The notes under the pieces were generated by a model. It did no database searches, was not told the DNA's origin, and saw only the letters and a list, made by a program, of their open reading frames with translations. From Geobacter sulfurreducens PCA (GTDB taxonomy: Bacteria > Desulfobacterota > Desulfuromonadia > Geobacterales > Geobacteraceae), in contig NC_002939.5 in assembly GCF_000007985.2 (NCBI RefSeq), positions 990,001 through 1,022,000 of the forward strand: DNA of 32,000 nucleotides, given 5' to 3'. The position numbers and the translations under genes were made by a program. Shown one piece after another: positions 1-9,143 of the stretch (position 1 is the stretch's first letter; every line of letters starts with the position of its first letter).

Positions 1-751
1 GGCCCAGGTGCTGGACGGCGCGAAAACGGCCCACGAGGAACTGCTGGCCGACGCACCCTTCGACATGGTGCCCCAGCTGCGGGACATCCTCGGCGCCTTC
101 CTCTTCACCGGCGACGACATCCACAAGCGGGTAGAGGTCCTCTCGGGCGGCGAGCGGAACCGGCTGGCACTGGCCAAGATGCTGTTGCGGCCCTCGAACT
201 TGCTGCTGATGGACGAGCCAACCAACCACCTGGACCTCTTCAGCAAGGAGGTGCTGCTGGACGCCCTCAAGACCTTTGCCGGCACCGTGGTCTTCGTCTC
301 CCACGACCGGCACTTCATCGACGGCCTGGCCACCCGGGTCGTGGAGGTGGAGGGAGGTCGGCTTACCAGCTATCACGGCGACTACGAGTATTACCTGCGG
401 AAAAAAGCAGCGGACGATTGCCCGGCCCCACAGGCCGCCGCTGGCCGGTCCCAGGTGCCTGACGCATCGGCCGGGTCGCCGACCGCGGAATCCAAGGAGG
501 AGCGGCAGCGCCAGCGGGAGGAGGAAAAGGCCCGCCAGCGGGACGAAAAGCGCCGCCTGAAGCGCCTCGAAGAGCTGGAATCCGCCATTGCCGCCGAAGA
601 AGGGCTCCTGGCCGACCTGGAGGCGCGCATGGCTGATCCGGCCTTTTTCGATGACCACGAGCAGGCCCGGCGGGGGGGCGAAGAACATGCCGGACTCACC
701 GCTCGCATTGCCTCCCTGTACGAAGAATGGGAGAGCGTCGCCGCAGGCTGA
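1..751 (+). CDS. ABC-F family ATPase, C-terminal part (5' end outside window)
   Basis: Reading frame is open from the window edge. ABC signature LSGGERNRLALAKML, Walker B LLLMDEPTNHLD and H-loop VSHDRHF. An Arg/Glu-rich coiled-coil tail follows, typical of ABC-F (Uup/YheS-like) proteins. Confidence 0.85.
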   Translation, partial: AQVLDGAKTAHEELLADAPFDMVPQLRDILGAFLFTGDDIHKRVEVLSGGERNRLALAKMLLRPSNLLLMDEPTNHLDLFSKEVLLDALKTFAGTVVFVSHDRHFIDGLATRVVEVEGGRLTSYHGDYEYYLRKKAADDCPAPQAAAGRSQVPDASAGSPTAESKEERQRQREEEKARQRDEKRRLKRLEELESAIAAEEGLLADLEARMADPAFFDDHEQARRGGEEHAGLTARIASLYEEWESVAAG

Positions 752-801
752 GGAGTGGGTGTTCCTATCCCCGCGACCTTGTTGCATTCACGCGCCATTC
801 A

Positions 802-830
802 TTGACAGGCGCGGCTTCAGAGGCTACTCT
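802..830 (+). promoter_or_regulatory. Candidate sigma70-type promoter for lon operon (TTGACA-N17-TACTCT)
   Basis: TTGACA at 802-807, a 17-nt spacer, then TACTCT at 825-830. It lies about 50 nt upstream of the lon start. Sequence match only. Confidence 0.3.
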
Positions 831-880
831 TTCTGTACTCTGCCGCCACCGTGAGCCGCTCGACCAGAGGGTCAGTTCCC

Positions 881-3199
881 ATGTCCGAGTCCGTGTCGAT
901 ATCAGTCCCCGCCGTTCTTCCGCTCTTTCCCCTCCGGGAGATCGTCGCCTTTCCCTATATGATCTTCCCGCTGTTCCTCAAGGACGACGAACTGACCGCG
1001 TTCGAGGACATGCTCGGCCACGAGCAGATGGTGGTGCTCGCCCGGACCCGGGAAGAGGCGGTGCCCGGCCAGACGCCACAGCTCTGCGAGATCGGCACCC
1101 TCTGCAAGGTGAACCAGATCTACCGGCTTCCCGAGGGGGGCGGCAAGGTGGTCCTGGAGGGGGTCGTGCGGGTACGGATCCTGGACGTGGCGGATACGCT
1201 TCCCCACATCCAGGTCCGCTGTGAGGTGGTCCACGAGTTCTTCGAGAAGTCAGTGGTTTCCGAAGCTCTGGTCCAGAGTCTCAACGCACTCCTCAAGATC
1301 GCTCTTTCGTATGGTCGCCCCCTGCCGGACGACGTCATGAAGATGATCGACCTGATCGACAACCCGGCCCGGCTGGCGGACCTGGTGGCCCTCTACGTGA
1401 ACCTCCCCCTGGACGAGCAGCAGCGGCTCCTGGAGACCGTGGACCCCCTTGAGCGGCTCAAGAAGGTGTACATGCACCTGACTGCCGAGGTGCAACGGCT
1501 CCAGGTGAAGGGCGAAGTGCAGGCCGAAGTGACCCGCCGGGTGGGGAAGAGCCAGAAGGAGTACCTGCTGCGGGAGCAGATGAAGCAGATCCAGGAGGAG
1601 CTTGGCGAGGAGGACCCGCGCGGCACCGAGATGACCGAGCTGCGGAGCCGGATCCAGAACGCCGGCATGCCCGACGAGGTCCGCAAGATCGCCGACAAGG
1701 AACTCAAGCGGCTGGACCGGATCAATCCTTCGTCCCCCGAATACACGGTGGCCCGCACCTATCTGGACTACCTGGCCGGCATGCCCTGGGGCAGGTCGAC
1801 GGCGGACAACCATGACATCAACCAGGCCGAGGCGGTGCTGGACGAAGACCACTACGACCTGAAGAAGGTCAAGGAACGGATTCTCGAATACCTGGCCGTC
1901 CGGACCCTGCGCGAGAGGATGAAGGGGCCGATCCTCTGCTTCGTGGGCCCGCCGGGGGTGGGAAAGACGAGCCTCGGCAAGTCCATCGCCCGGGCCCTGG
2001 GGCGGAAGTTCATCCGGATGTCCCTGGGGGGGATGCGGGACGAGGCGGAAATCCGCGGCCACCGCCGCACCTACATCGGCGCGCTTCCGGGCCGGATCAT
2101 TCAGGAGATCTTCCGCTGCGGCAGCAACAACCCGGTTTTCATGCTCGACGAGGTGGACAAGATCGGCCTCGATTTCCGAGGCGACCCGGCCAGCGCGCTC
2201 CTGGAGGTGCTCGACCCGGAACAGAACAGCACCTTCACCGACCACTATCTGGACGTGCCCTTCGATCTCTCCAACGTCATGTTCATCACCACGGCCAACC
2301 TGTTGGACCCGGTGCCGGCGGCCCTCAAGGACCGGATGGAGGTGATCCGGCTCTCGGGCTACACCGACGAGGAGAAGGAAAAGATCGCGGTCCGCTACCT
2401 CATCCCCAAGGAGGTTGAGGAAAACGGCCTCTCCGCCACCCCTCCCGCCTTTGCGTCTGCCGCTATTTACAAGATCATCGGCGACTACACCCGGGAGGCC
2501 GGGGTGCGCAACCTGCAGCGGAGCATCGCATCGGTCTGCCGCAAGGTGGCCAAGGAGATCACCCAGGGCAAGCCCCTGCGGGAGACCATCACCCCCGAGG
2601 TGGTGGAGGAGTTTCTGGGGCCCCGCACCTTCTTCAACGAGGTGGCGGCGGAACAGGATCGGGTCGGCGTGGTGACGGGGCTCGCCTGGACCGAGACCGG
2701 CGGGGACATTCTCTTCGTGGAGGCGACCCGCATGAAGGGGAAGCGGGATCTGATCCTGACCGGCAGCCTGGGGGACGTGATGAAGGAGTCGGCCCGGACC
2801 GCCCTTTCCTACGTGCGCGCCACCTGCGCGGACTGGGGGATCGACGAGGGGGCCTTCGAGGACAGCGATCTCCACATCCACGTGCCGGCCGGGGCTATTC
2901 CCAAGGACGGCCCGTCCGCCGGGCTCACCATGGTGACCGCCATCGTGTCGCTGCTGTCGGGACGGCCGGCCCGGCGCGACGTGGCCATGACCGGCGAGAT
3001 CAGCCTCACCGGCCGGGCGCTGGCCATCGGCGGCCTTAAGGAGAAGGTCCTGGCGGCCCGGCGGGCCGGGGTCAAGACCGTGGTGGCGCCCTCGCGCAAC
3101 CGGGAGAACCTTGAGGATATCCCCGACGACGTGAAGAACGAGCTTACCTTCATCTTTGTGGATGACGTGCATGAGGCGGTGGCTGCCGCGCTCCAGTGA
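881..3199 (+). CDS. lon: ATP-dependent Lon protease
   Basis: Long ORF with a Lon N-domain, Walker [10 protein letters not shown] and Walker B FMLDEVDK. Protease Ser context PKDGPSAG and Lys context GGLKEK. Start set at ATG 881 (AGAGGG about 10 nt upstream); GTG 851 is an alternative. Confidence 0.95.
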   Translation: MSESVSISVPAVLPLFPLREIVAFPYMIFPLFLKDDELTAFEDMLGHEQMVVLARTREEAVPGQTPQLCEIGTLCKVNQIYRLPEGGGKVVLEGVVRVRILDVADTLPHIQVRCEVVHEFFEKSVVSEALVQSLNALLKIALSYGRPLPDDVMKMIDLIDNPARLADLVALYVNLPLDEQQRLLETVDPLERLKKVYMHLTAEVQRLQVKGEVQAEVTRRVGKSQKEYLLREQMKQIQEELGEEDPRGTEMTELRSRIQNAGMPDEVRKIADKELKRLDRINPSSPEYTVARTYLDYLAGMPWGRSTADNHDINQAEAVLDEDHYDLKKVKERILEYLAVRTLRERMKGPILCFVGPPGVGKTSLGKSIARALGRKFIRMSLGGMRDEAEIRGHRRTYIGALPGRIIQEIFRCGSNNPVFMLDEVDKIGLDFRGDPASALLEVLDPEQNSTFTDHYLDVPFDLSNVMFITTANLLDPVPAALKDRMEVIRLSGYTDEEKEKIAVRYLIPKEVEENGLSATPPAFASAAIYKIIGDYTREAGVRNLQRSIASVCRKVAKEITQGKPLRETITPEVVEEFLGPRTFFNEVAAEQDRVGVVTGLAWTETGGDILFVEATRMKGKRDLILTGSLGDVMKESARTALSYVRATCADWGIDEGAFEDSDLHIHVPAGAIPKDGPSAGLTMVTAIVSLLSGRPARRDVAMTGEISLTGRALAIGGLKEKVLAARRAGVKTVVAPSRNRENLEDIPDDVKNELTFIFVDDVHEAVAAALQ

Positions 3200-3205
3200 C
3201 AACCG

Positions 3206-3976
3206 ATGCCATTGACCTCCATTGAACACACCGTCAAAAGCTTCCTCGCCGAATTCCAGGCGTTCTGCGTCCTGTCGCTCAGGGCCGTGGTGCGCATCTT
3301 CCGCCGCCCCGGCTACTACCGGGAATTCGTCATCCAGTTCGACAAGATGGGCGTCGGCTCCCTCTTCATCATCTGCCTCACGGGACTGTTCACCGGCATG
3401 GTCATGGCGCTCCAGGCCCTGATCCAGCTCAAGCCCTTCGCCGCCACCAGCTACGTGGGGGGGATGGTGGCGGTAACCATGGTAAAGGAGCTGGGGCCGG
3501 TCCTCTCGTCCCTCATGGTCGCGGGCCGGGTCGGCTCGTCCATCACCGCCGAGCTGGGCACCATGGTGGTGACCGAGCAGGTGGACGCCATGCGGGTGGA
3601 GGGGACCGACATCGTCAGCCGGCTGGTCACCTCCCGCCTCAAGGCACTGATGCTGGCCATGCCCATGCTCGCCCTGGTCACCGACGCGGTGGCCCTGCTG
3701 GGCGGGTACATCATTGCGGCGGGGTATGACATCAACCTCCTCATGTACTGGAAGTCACTGCCCCAGTTCATGGTGTTCCAGGACCTCATCGAGGGGGTGA
3801 TGAAACCCTTTGTCTTCGGTACGCTCATCGCGCTCATCGGCTGTTACGTGGGGCTTTCCACCAGCGGCGGCGCCGAGGGGGTGGGGACGTCGGCCAAGCG
3901 GGCAGTGGTTCTCTCATCGGTCATGGTGTTGGTGGCCGATTTTTTCATGACCAAGATATTTATTGTGTTCCGGTGA
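3206..3976 (+). CDS. mlaE: MlaE-family ABC transporter permease (lipid asymmetry / Ttg2B-like)
   Basis: 256-aa multi-TM protein with the conserved core KELGPVLSSLMVAGRVGSSITAELGTMVVTEQVDAM. Starts 6 nt after the lon stop. Confidence 0.9.
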   Translation: MPLTSIEHTVKSFLAEFQAFCVLSLRAVVRIFRRPGYYREFVIQFDKMGVGSLFIICLTGLFTGMVMALQALIQLKPFAATSYVGGMVAVTMVKELGPVLSSLMVAGRVGSSITAELGTMVVTEQVDAMRVEGTDIVSRLVTSRLKALMLAMPMLALVTDAVALLGGYIIAAGYDINLLMYWKSLPQFMVFQDLIEGVMKPFVFGTLIALIGCYVGLSTSGGAEGVGTSAKRAVVLSSVMVLVADFFMTKIFIVFR

Positions 3977-3986
3977 GGGCGACGAC

Positions 3987-4751
3987 GTGAGCGGCGGCGA
4001 ACAGGGCATCAGGATGGACAAGGTTTCCTACTCCGTGGGCGGGCGGACGATCCTCACGGAGTTCGACCTGTTTCTCGCGCCGGGCGTGAACCGCACCATC
4101 CTGGGACGGAGCGGGGCCGGCAAGACCACCATCCTGCGGCTCATGCTGGGACTGATCCGCCCCCAGGCCGGGACCATCTCCATCGACGGCATCCCCATCG
4201 GGAGCCTGAGCGAGAGCGAGCTGATCCGGCTCCGGAAGCAGATCGCCATCGTCTTTCAGGGGGGGGCGCTCTTCGATTCTCTCACGGTGGGAGAAAACGT
4301 GGGCTACCGGCTGCTGGAGGAGGGGCGCCTCGGCGAGGGGGAGATTGAGCGGATCGTGCTTGAGAAGCTCTCCTTCGTGGGGCTCGAGCACTCCATCGAC
4401 CTCTATCCGGCAGAGCTCTCCGGCGGCATGAAAAAGCGGGTGGCCATCGCCCGGGCCCTGGCCGCCGAGCCGCGCTACATCTTTTTCGACGAGCCCACCA
4501 CCGGCCTCGACCCGGTGGGGGTCTACAACATCCAGCACCTGATGCTCCGCCTGCAGGGGGAGGGAAAAACCACCCTGATGGTCACCCATGACCTGGAAAC
4601 CGCTTTCGCCGTGTCCGAGCGATTTTCGTTCCTCCACGAAGCGCGGCTCCTCTTCGAGGGGACCGAGGAGGAGATGCGCCGGTGCGCCGTACCCGATATC
4701 CGCGAGTTCCTGACGCCGTCGGAGGCGTCGCTCTTCAGGAACAGCGACTAG
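3987..4751 (+). CDS. mlaF: MlaF-like ABC transporter ATP-binding protein
   Basis: Walker A GRSGAGKTT, signature LSGGMKKRVAIARAL, Walker B IFFDEPTTGLD, H-loop VTHD. Start chosen at GTG 3987 (GAGGG 7 nt upstream) because the first beta-strand IRMDKVSYSV begins before ATG 4014. TTG 3963 and ATG 4014 are alternatives. Confidence 0.85.
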   Translation: MSGGEQGIRMDKVSYSVGGRTILTEFDLFLAPGVNRTILGRSGAGKTTILRLMLGLIRPQAGTISIDGIPIGSLSESELIRLRKQIAIVFQGGALFDSLTVGENVGYRLLEEGRLGEGEIERIVLEKLSFVGLEHSIDLYPAELSGGMKKRVAIARALAAEPRYIFFDEPTTGLDPVGVYNIQHLMLRLQGEGKTTLMVTHDLETAFAVSERFSFLHEARLLFEGTEEEMRRCAVPDIREFLTPSEASLFRNSD

Positions 4752-4766
4752 AACAGAGGACAGTTC

Positions 4767-5849
4767 ATGAAACGAAGCGACACCATATCGTGGTCCCAGG
4801 TGCGGGGCGGGCTTTTCGTCCTGGCGGCCCTGGCCTTTTTTGCCGGCGGGGTCCTGATCATGGGGGACAAGACCAAGTTCTTCGTGCCCAAGGGGAGGCT
4901 GTCGGTGATCATGACCGACGTGGCCGGACTCAAGGTGGGTGCTCCGGTCTGGCTGGCCGGGGTCGATGTGGGCATCGTCACCGACATCCGTTTCGAGCGC
5001 CCCGAGCAGAGCAATGAGGTGGAGGCGGTGCTTGAGGTGGACGAGGAGGCCCTGAAGAAGATCGGCCGCGACTCGGTCATCACCGTCAAGACCCGCGGAC
5101 TCCTGGGGGAAAAGTACGTTGACATCACCCCCACCCGCCAGATCATCGCCACACCCGTGACGCGGCTCCAGGGCACCAGCCTCCCCAAGCTCGACGACGT
5201 GGTCCAGAAGGCGGGCGAGGCCTTTGAGCGGGTCAACGCCGTGGTGGCCAAGACCGAGCGGGGCGAGGGGACCCTGGGACGTTTCGCCAGCGATCCCAAG
5301 CTCTACGACAACCTGGTGCGGCTCACGGTGGAACTGAACACCATCGCCGGATCAGTGAACCGGGGCGAGGGTACCCTCGGCATGCTCAACCGGAGCCGTG
5401 AGCCCTATGACCGGCTCATGAAGATCCTGTCCCGCGCCGACGACACCCTGGCGGAGATCCAGTCGTCGGAAGGGACCCTGAGCAAGCTCATTCGCGACCG
5501 TGAGCTCTACGACAAGCTGGTGGCGGTGGCCGACAAGGCCGGCGGTGCCGCGGACGAGGTGCGGGAGCTGAACCGCAAGCTGGTGGCCAAGGAGGGAACC
5601 CTGGGGCTCCTCCTGGCCGACCGGGGCTTCTACGACAAGGGGATGAGCCTCATCGACCGGGCCGACCGCTCCCTTTCCTCCCTGGAAGAGATCACCACGC
5701 GCCTCCAGCGGGGCGAGGGGACCGCCGGCAAGCTCCTGTCGGACAAGGAGCTCTACGACAAGCTCAACCGGATGGTGGACGACCTGGACCTGCTCGTCAG
5801 GGACATCAAGGAAAACCCCAAGCGGTACGTGAAGTTTTCGCTGTTCTGA
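4767..5849 (+). CDS. mlaD: MlaD/MCE-family periplasmic substrate-binding component with extended C-terminal repeat region
   Basis: N-terminal TM helix GGLFVLAALAFFAGGVLIM and MCE domain (VIMTDVAGLKVGAPVWLAGVDVGIV). The 360-aa length is much greater than a minimal MlaD because of five C-terminal EGTLG..LYD.L repeats. Confidence 0.85.
   Translation: MKRSDTISWSQVRGGLFVLAALAFFAGGVLIMGDKTKFFVPKGRLSVIMTDVAGLKVGAPVWLAGVDVGIVTDIRFERPEQSNEVEAVLEVDEEALKKIGRDSVITVKTRGLLGEKYVDITPTRQIIATPVTRLQGTSLPKLDDVVQKAGEAFERVNAVVAKTERGEGTLGRFASDPKLYDNLVRLTVELNTIAGSVNRGEGTLGMLNRSREPYDRLMKILSRADDTLAEIQSSEGTLSKLIRDRELYDKLVAVADKAGGAADEVRELNRKLVAKEGTLGLLLADRGFYDKGMSLIDRADRSLSSLEEITTRLQRGEGTAGKLLSDKELYDKLNRMVDDLDLLVRDIKENPKRYVKFSLF
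5262..5786 (+). repeat. Five tandem protein-level repeats inside mlaD ((G/S/K)EGT(L/A)(G/S)-x-L-x2-D-x3-YD-x-L)
   Basis: Repeat units start at residues 166, 200, 234, 275 and 316: GEGTLGRFASDPKLYDNL, GEGTLGMLNRSREPYDRL, SEGTLSKLIRDRELYDKL, KEGTLGLLLADRGFYDKG, GEGTAGKLLSDKELYDKL. Confidence 0.7.
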
Positions 5850-5891
5850 CGGCCGGAACGACCCGGCAATCACTTTCAACTGAGGTAGGAC

Positions 5892-7388
5892 ATGAAAAGA
5901 TCGGCTATGTGCATCGCAGTGCAAATACTGCTGGCGTTGGTTGTCATCCTCCCGGCCCTCGGCGCGGGCCTTGAGGAGCGGGTGCGGGAGCATACCCTGA
6001 AAAACGGGATGAAGCTCCTCATGGTTGAGCGCCATACTTCCCCCACGGTGGCGGCGTGGATCCGGTTCCGGGTGGGGAGCGTGGACGAGCGCAGCGACGA
6101 GCGGGGAATCGCCCACCTGCTGGAACACATGCTGTTCAAGGGGACCAAGACCCTCGGCACGAAGGATTATGCCGCCGAAAAGCCGCTCCTGGACAAGATC
6201 GAGGAAACGGCCCAGGCCCTGATCGCCGAGAAGGCCAAGGGCGCCCGGGCCGACGCCGGCCGGGTGGATGAACTCGGCAAGAAGCTCAATGCCCTGGAGG
6301 CCGATGCCGGGAAGTACGTGATCAAGGAGGAGTTCGCCGAGATCTACGCCCGCAACGGCGGGGCCGGCTACAACGCCATGACCGGCAAGGACGGCACCAC
6401 CTACCTCATCAACATGCCTTCCAACAAGCTGGAGCTCTGGGCCGCCATCGAGGGGGACCGGATGCAGAACGCGGTGCTGCGCGAGTTCTACACCGAGCGC
6501 GACGTGGTCATGGAGGAGCGGCGCCGCTCCTACGACACGGAGCCGGGGTCCAAGCTCTGGGAGACTTTCGTGGCCGTCACCTACAATGCCCACCCCTACG
6601 GTCAGCCGATCATCGGCTGGATGTCCGATCTGGAGAACCTGACCAGGACCAAGGCCGAGGAGTTCTTCCGCCGCTACTACAAGCCCAACAACGCCATCGT
6701 TGCCCTGGTGGGGGACATCGACCCGGACAAGACCATCGCCCTGGTTGAGAAGTACTTCGGCGATATCCCGCCCGGGACCCTGGTGGGACCGGTGGCCGTG
6801 GTGGAGCCCGCCCAGCAGGGCGAGCGTCGGGTGGAGATCCTGGCCGACGCGGAGCCGGAACTGCTTGTCGGCTTCCACAAGCCCACCCTGCCCAATCCCG
6901 ACGACTACGTCTTCGACGTGATCGACATGATCCTGGCCGACGGCCGCACCTCGCGCCTCTACAAGAAGCTGGTGGTGGAGAAGCAGCTGGCCGCCGAGGT
7001 CTCAACCTTTTCTGCCCCGGGAAGCCGCTATCCCAACCTCTTCGTGCTGGCCGCCACCCCCCGCGCGCCCCACACGGCGAAGGAGGTGGAGGATGCCATC
7101 TACGAGGAGCTGGAGCGGCTCAAGAAGGAGCCCATGACCGAGCGGGAGCTGGCGCAGATCCTCAATCGCCTGGAATACGAGGAAAGCCGGCAGATGATCT
7201 CCAACGGCGGGCTCGCCCGCAACCTGACCGAGTATGAAGCGGTCACCGGCTCATGGCGGTACTTGATCGAGCACCGCAAAGAGGTGGCCAAGGTGACCCC
7301 CGACGACGTGATCCGGGTGGCCCGGAAGTATTTCGTCCGCGAGAACCGGACCGTGGGGGTCATCACGAAGAAAGAAGACGTAAAGTAG
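5892..7388 (+). CDS. Secreted M16 (pitrilysin) family zinc peptidase, catalytic subunit
   Basis: Signal peptide MKRSAMCIAVQILLALVVILPALGAG. Inverted zinc motif HxxEH is present as HLLEH (nt 6114-6128). M16 N- and C-domain layout. Confidence 0.9.
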   Translation: MKRSAMCIAVQILLALVVILPALGAGLEERVREHTLKNGMKLLMVERHTSPTVAAWIRFRVGSVDERSDERGIAHLLEHMLFKGTKTLGTKDYAAEKPLLDKIEETAQALIAEKAKGARADAGRVDELGKKLNALEADAGKYVIKEEFAEIYARNGGAGYNAMTGKDGTTYLINMPSNKLELWAAIEGDRMQNAVLREFYTERDVVMEERRRSYDTEPGSKLWETFVAVTYNAHPYGQPIIGWMSDLENLTRTKAEEFFRRYYKPNNAIVALVGDIDPDKTIALVEKYFGDIPPGTLVGPVAVVEPAQQGERRVEILADAEPELLVGFHKPTLPNPDDYVFDVIDMILADGRTSRLYKKLVVEKQLAAEVSTFSAPGSRYPNLFVLAATPRAPHTAKEVEDAIYEELERLKKEPMTERELAQILNRLEYEESRQMISNGGLARNLTEYEAVTGSWRYLIEHRKEVAKVTPDDVIRVARKYFVRENRTVGVITKKEDVK

Positions 7389-7425
7389 CGGCACAGCCAA
7401 CCTTATCGCGAACGAGGACGCACGA

Positions 7426-8862
7426 ATGACCATTACGCAACGTTTCGCCCTGTTCTTAGCATTTCTGGTACTCGTACCCCTTGCCGCCCTGGGCGCCGAG
7501 GCGCCCAAAACAGCAAAGGCCGACCCCCGCACCATGACCTTCCCGCAGCCGGCCTTCGAGGTCCCCCGGACCGAGCGGGCGGTGCTGAAAAACGGCATGG
7601 TCGTCCACATGCTCCCGGACCGGGAGCTGCCCGTGGTGAGCCTCACGGCCTACGTGAACGTGGGGAGCATCTATGAGCCGGCCGACAAGGCGGGCCTTGC
7701 CGGGCTCACCGGTGCGGTCATGCGGAGCGGCGGCACCAGGGATATGGCCCCCGAGGCCCTGGACGCGGAGCTTGAGTTCATGGCCTCCTCGGTGGAGGGG
7801 GGTATCGGCAGCGATGCGGGGAATGTCTCCCTGGCGTCCCTGTCCCGCAACCTTCCCCGGACCCTGGAACTGTTCGCCCGGGTGATGATGAACCCGGCCT
7901 TCCGGGAAGACCGGGTTACCCTGGCAAAGAACCGGACCATCGAGGCCATCCGCCGCCAGAATGACGATTCCAAGGGAATCGCCGACCGTGAACTCCAGAA
8001 GGCCCTCTATCCCGGCCACCCCCTGGGGCGCTTCCCTACGGTGGCCACGGTCCAGTCCATCACCCGCGACGATCTGGCGGCGTTTCACGACCGCTATTTC
8101 CGCCCCGGTAATGTTGTCATCGCCGCTGCCGGCGACTTTGACCCCAAGGAACTGGTGAAGCTCCTGGAAAAGGCCTTTGCAGGCTGGAAGGAAGAGAAGG
8201 TCGATTTCCCGCCCGTGGCCGAACCGTCCCGGGAGATGAAGCCCGCCGTGCTCCTGGCGCGCAAGGAGGTGAACCAGTCGGCCATCCGCATGGGGCACCT
8301 GGGGATCGACAAGAACAACCCGGATCTCTACGCCATCAGGGTCATGGACTACATCCTGGGGGGCGGCTTCACCTCGCGCCTCACCACCGAGATCCGCTCC
8401 AACCAGGGGCTGGCCTACAACGTGGGTGCGTCCTTCGACGTGGGGCGCCGCTTCGTGGGCACCTTCGAGGCCGAGACCGAGACCAAGAGCGGATCCACTG
8501 CCAAGGCCATCGGCCTCATGCGGGACATCATCGACGGCATGCGCAAGGAACCGGTGACCGACCAGGAGCTGAACCTGGCCAAGGAGGCGATCATCAACTC
8601 CTTCATCTTCGGTTTCGCCCGTCCCGACTTCATAGCCAACCAGCGGGCCCGGCTCGAATTCTACGGCTATCCCGACGGCTATCTGGAAAACTACCGGGCC
8701 AATATCGCCCGGGTCACCAAGGAGGATGTCCTCCGCGCGGCGCGGACCTACCTGCACCCTGATCGACTGATCATTCTCGTGGTTGGTGAAGACAAGACAT
8801 TCGACAAACCCCTCTCCACCTTCGGCACGGTTCAGGAGATCAAGCTGGAGAACGGGAAGTAA
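7426..8862 (+). CDS. Secreted M16 family peptidase homologue lacking the HxxEH zinc motif (non-catalytic partner)
   Basis: Signal peptide MTITQRFALFLAFLVLVPLAALGA. At the position equivalent to HLLEH the sequence is GLAGLTGAVMRSGGT, so the zinc ligands are absent. Overall M16 similarity to the upstream gene. Confidence 0.85.
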   Translation: MTITQRFALFLAFLVLVPLAALGAEAPKTAKADPRTMTFPQPAFEVPRTERAVLKNGMVVHMLPDRELPVVSLTAYVNVGSIYEPADKAGLAGLTGAVMRSGGTRDMAPEALDAELEFMASSVEGGIGSDAGNVSLASLSRNLPRTLELFARVMMNPAFREDRVTLAKNRTIEAIRRQNDDSKGIADRELQKALYPGHPLGRFPTVATVQSITRDDLAAFHDRYFRPGNVVIAAAGDFDPKELVKLLEKAFAGWKEEKVDFPPVAEPSREMKPAVLLARKEVNQSAIRMGHLGIDKNNPDLYAIRVMDYILGGGFTSRLTTEIRSNQGLAYNVGASFDVGRRFVGTFEAETETKSGSTAKAIGLMRDIIDGMRKEPVTDQELNLAKEAIINSFIFGFARPDFIANQRARLEFYGYPDGYLENYRANIARVTKEDVLRAARTYLHPDRLIILVVGEDKTFDKPLSTFGTVQEIKLENGK

Positions 8863-8878
8863 GAAAGGAGACAACTGT

Positions 8879-8986
8879 ATGGCAACCTGGAAGTGCGGAA
8901 CCTGCGGCTTCACCAAAGAGGGGCGCTGCAAGCCCCAGAAGTGTCCCCAGTGTCAGGAAAAGGGGAATTTCGAGAAGCAGGAGTGA
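8879..8986 (+). CDS. 35-aa rubredoxin-like / zinc-ribbon miniprotein
   Basis: Sequence MATWKCGTCGFTKEGRCKPQKCPQCQEKGNFEKQE. Two CxxC knuckles (WKCGTCGF and KCPQCQ) resemble the C-terminal rubredoxin domain of rubrerythrins. AAGGAG lies 9-14 nt upstream of ATG 8879. A strong terminator follows immediately. The ORF-track entry 8783..8986 is an upstream extension overlapping the M16 gene. Confidence 0.65.
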   Translation: MATWKCGTCGFTKEGRCKPQKCPQCQEKGNFEKQE

Positions 8987-8993
8987 TACTGAG

Positions 8994-9020
8994 AAAGGCG
9001 GCCCATGGGCCGCCTTTTTT
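8994..9020 (+). terminator. Rho-independent terminator ending the lon-to-miniprotein operon
   Basis: GGCGGCCC-atgg-GGGCCGCC stem followed by TTTTTT (9015-9020). Confidence 0.9.
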
Positions 9021-9143
9021 CTGTTGATGACGATAAGTTGACGTAGTCGGGATGTGAATTCATCCTGTTGCGTGTCGTGGGTAAGGTGTATAAATCCTGC
9101 GGATTATTGATGTTTGCGTACCCGGTGTATTTCTGCTGTATTT

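Noticed and set aside
778-802. Possible sigma32 heat-shock promoter for lon (CTTGTTG ... CCATTCAT).
   Set aside because: The spacer is only about 10 nt and the -10 is a poor match to CCCCATNT. The TTGACA-N17-TACTCT alternative fits better. Neither is verified.
1250-3229. Very long ORFs antisense to real genes: 1250..3229-, 5352..6878-, 7456..8931-, 11547..13436+, 22296..23996-, 27417..29420- and others in the track.
   Set aside because: These are typical shadow ORFs of GC-rich DNA. Their translations are low-complexity Arg/Gly/Pro/His/Ala-rich strings with no motifs. The opposite strand encodes proteins with unambiguous family signatures.
8879-8986. Idea that the 35-aa Cys-rich peptide is a RiPP precursor processed by the adjacent M16 peptidase pair.
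   Set aside because: The peptide has the full rubredoxin/zinc-ribbon knuckle pattern of a folded metal-binding domain. It has no leader/core organisation and no signal peptide, and there is no modifying enzyme or exporter in the operon. The peptidases are secreted whereas the peptide is not.
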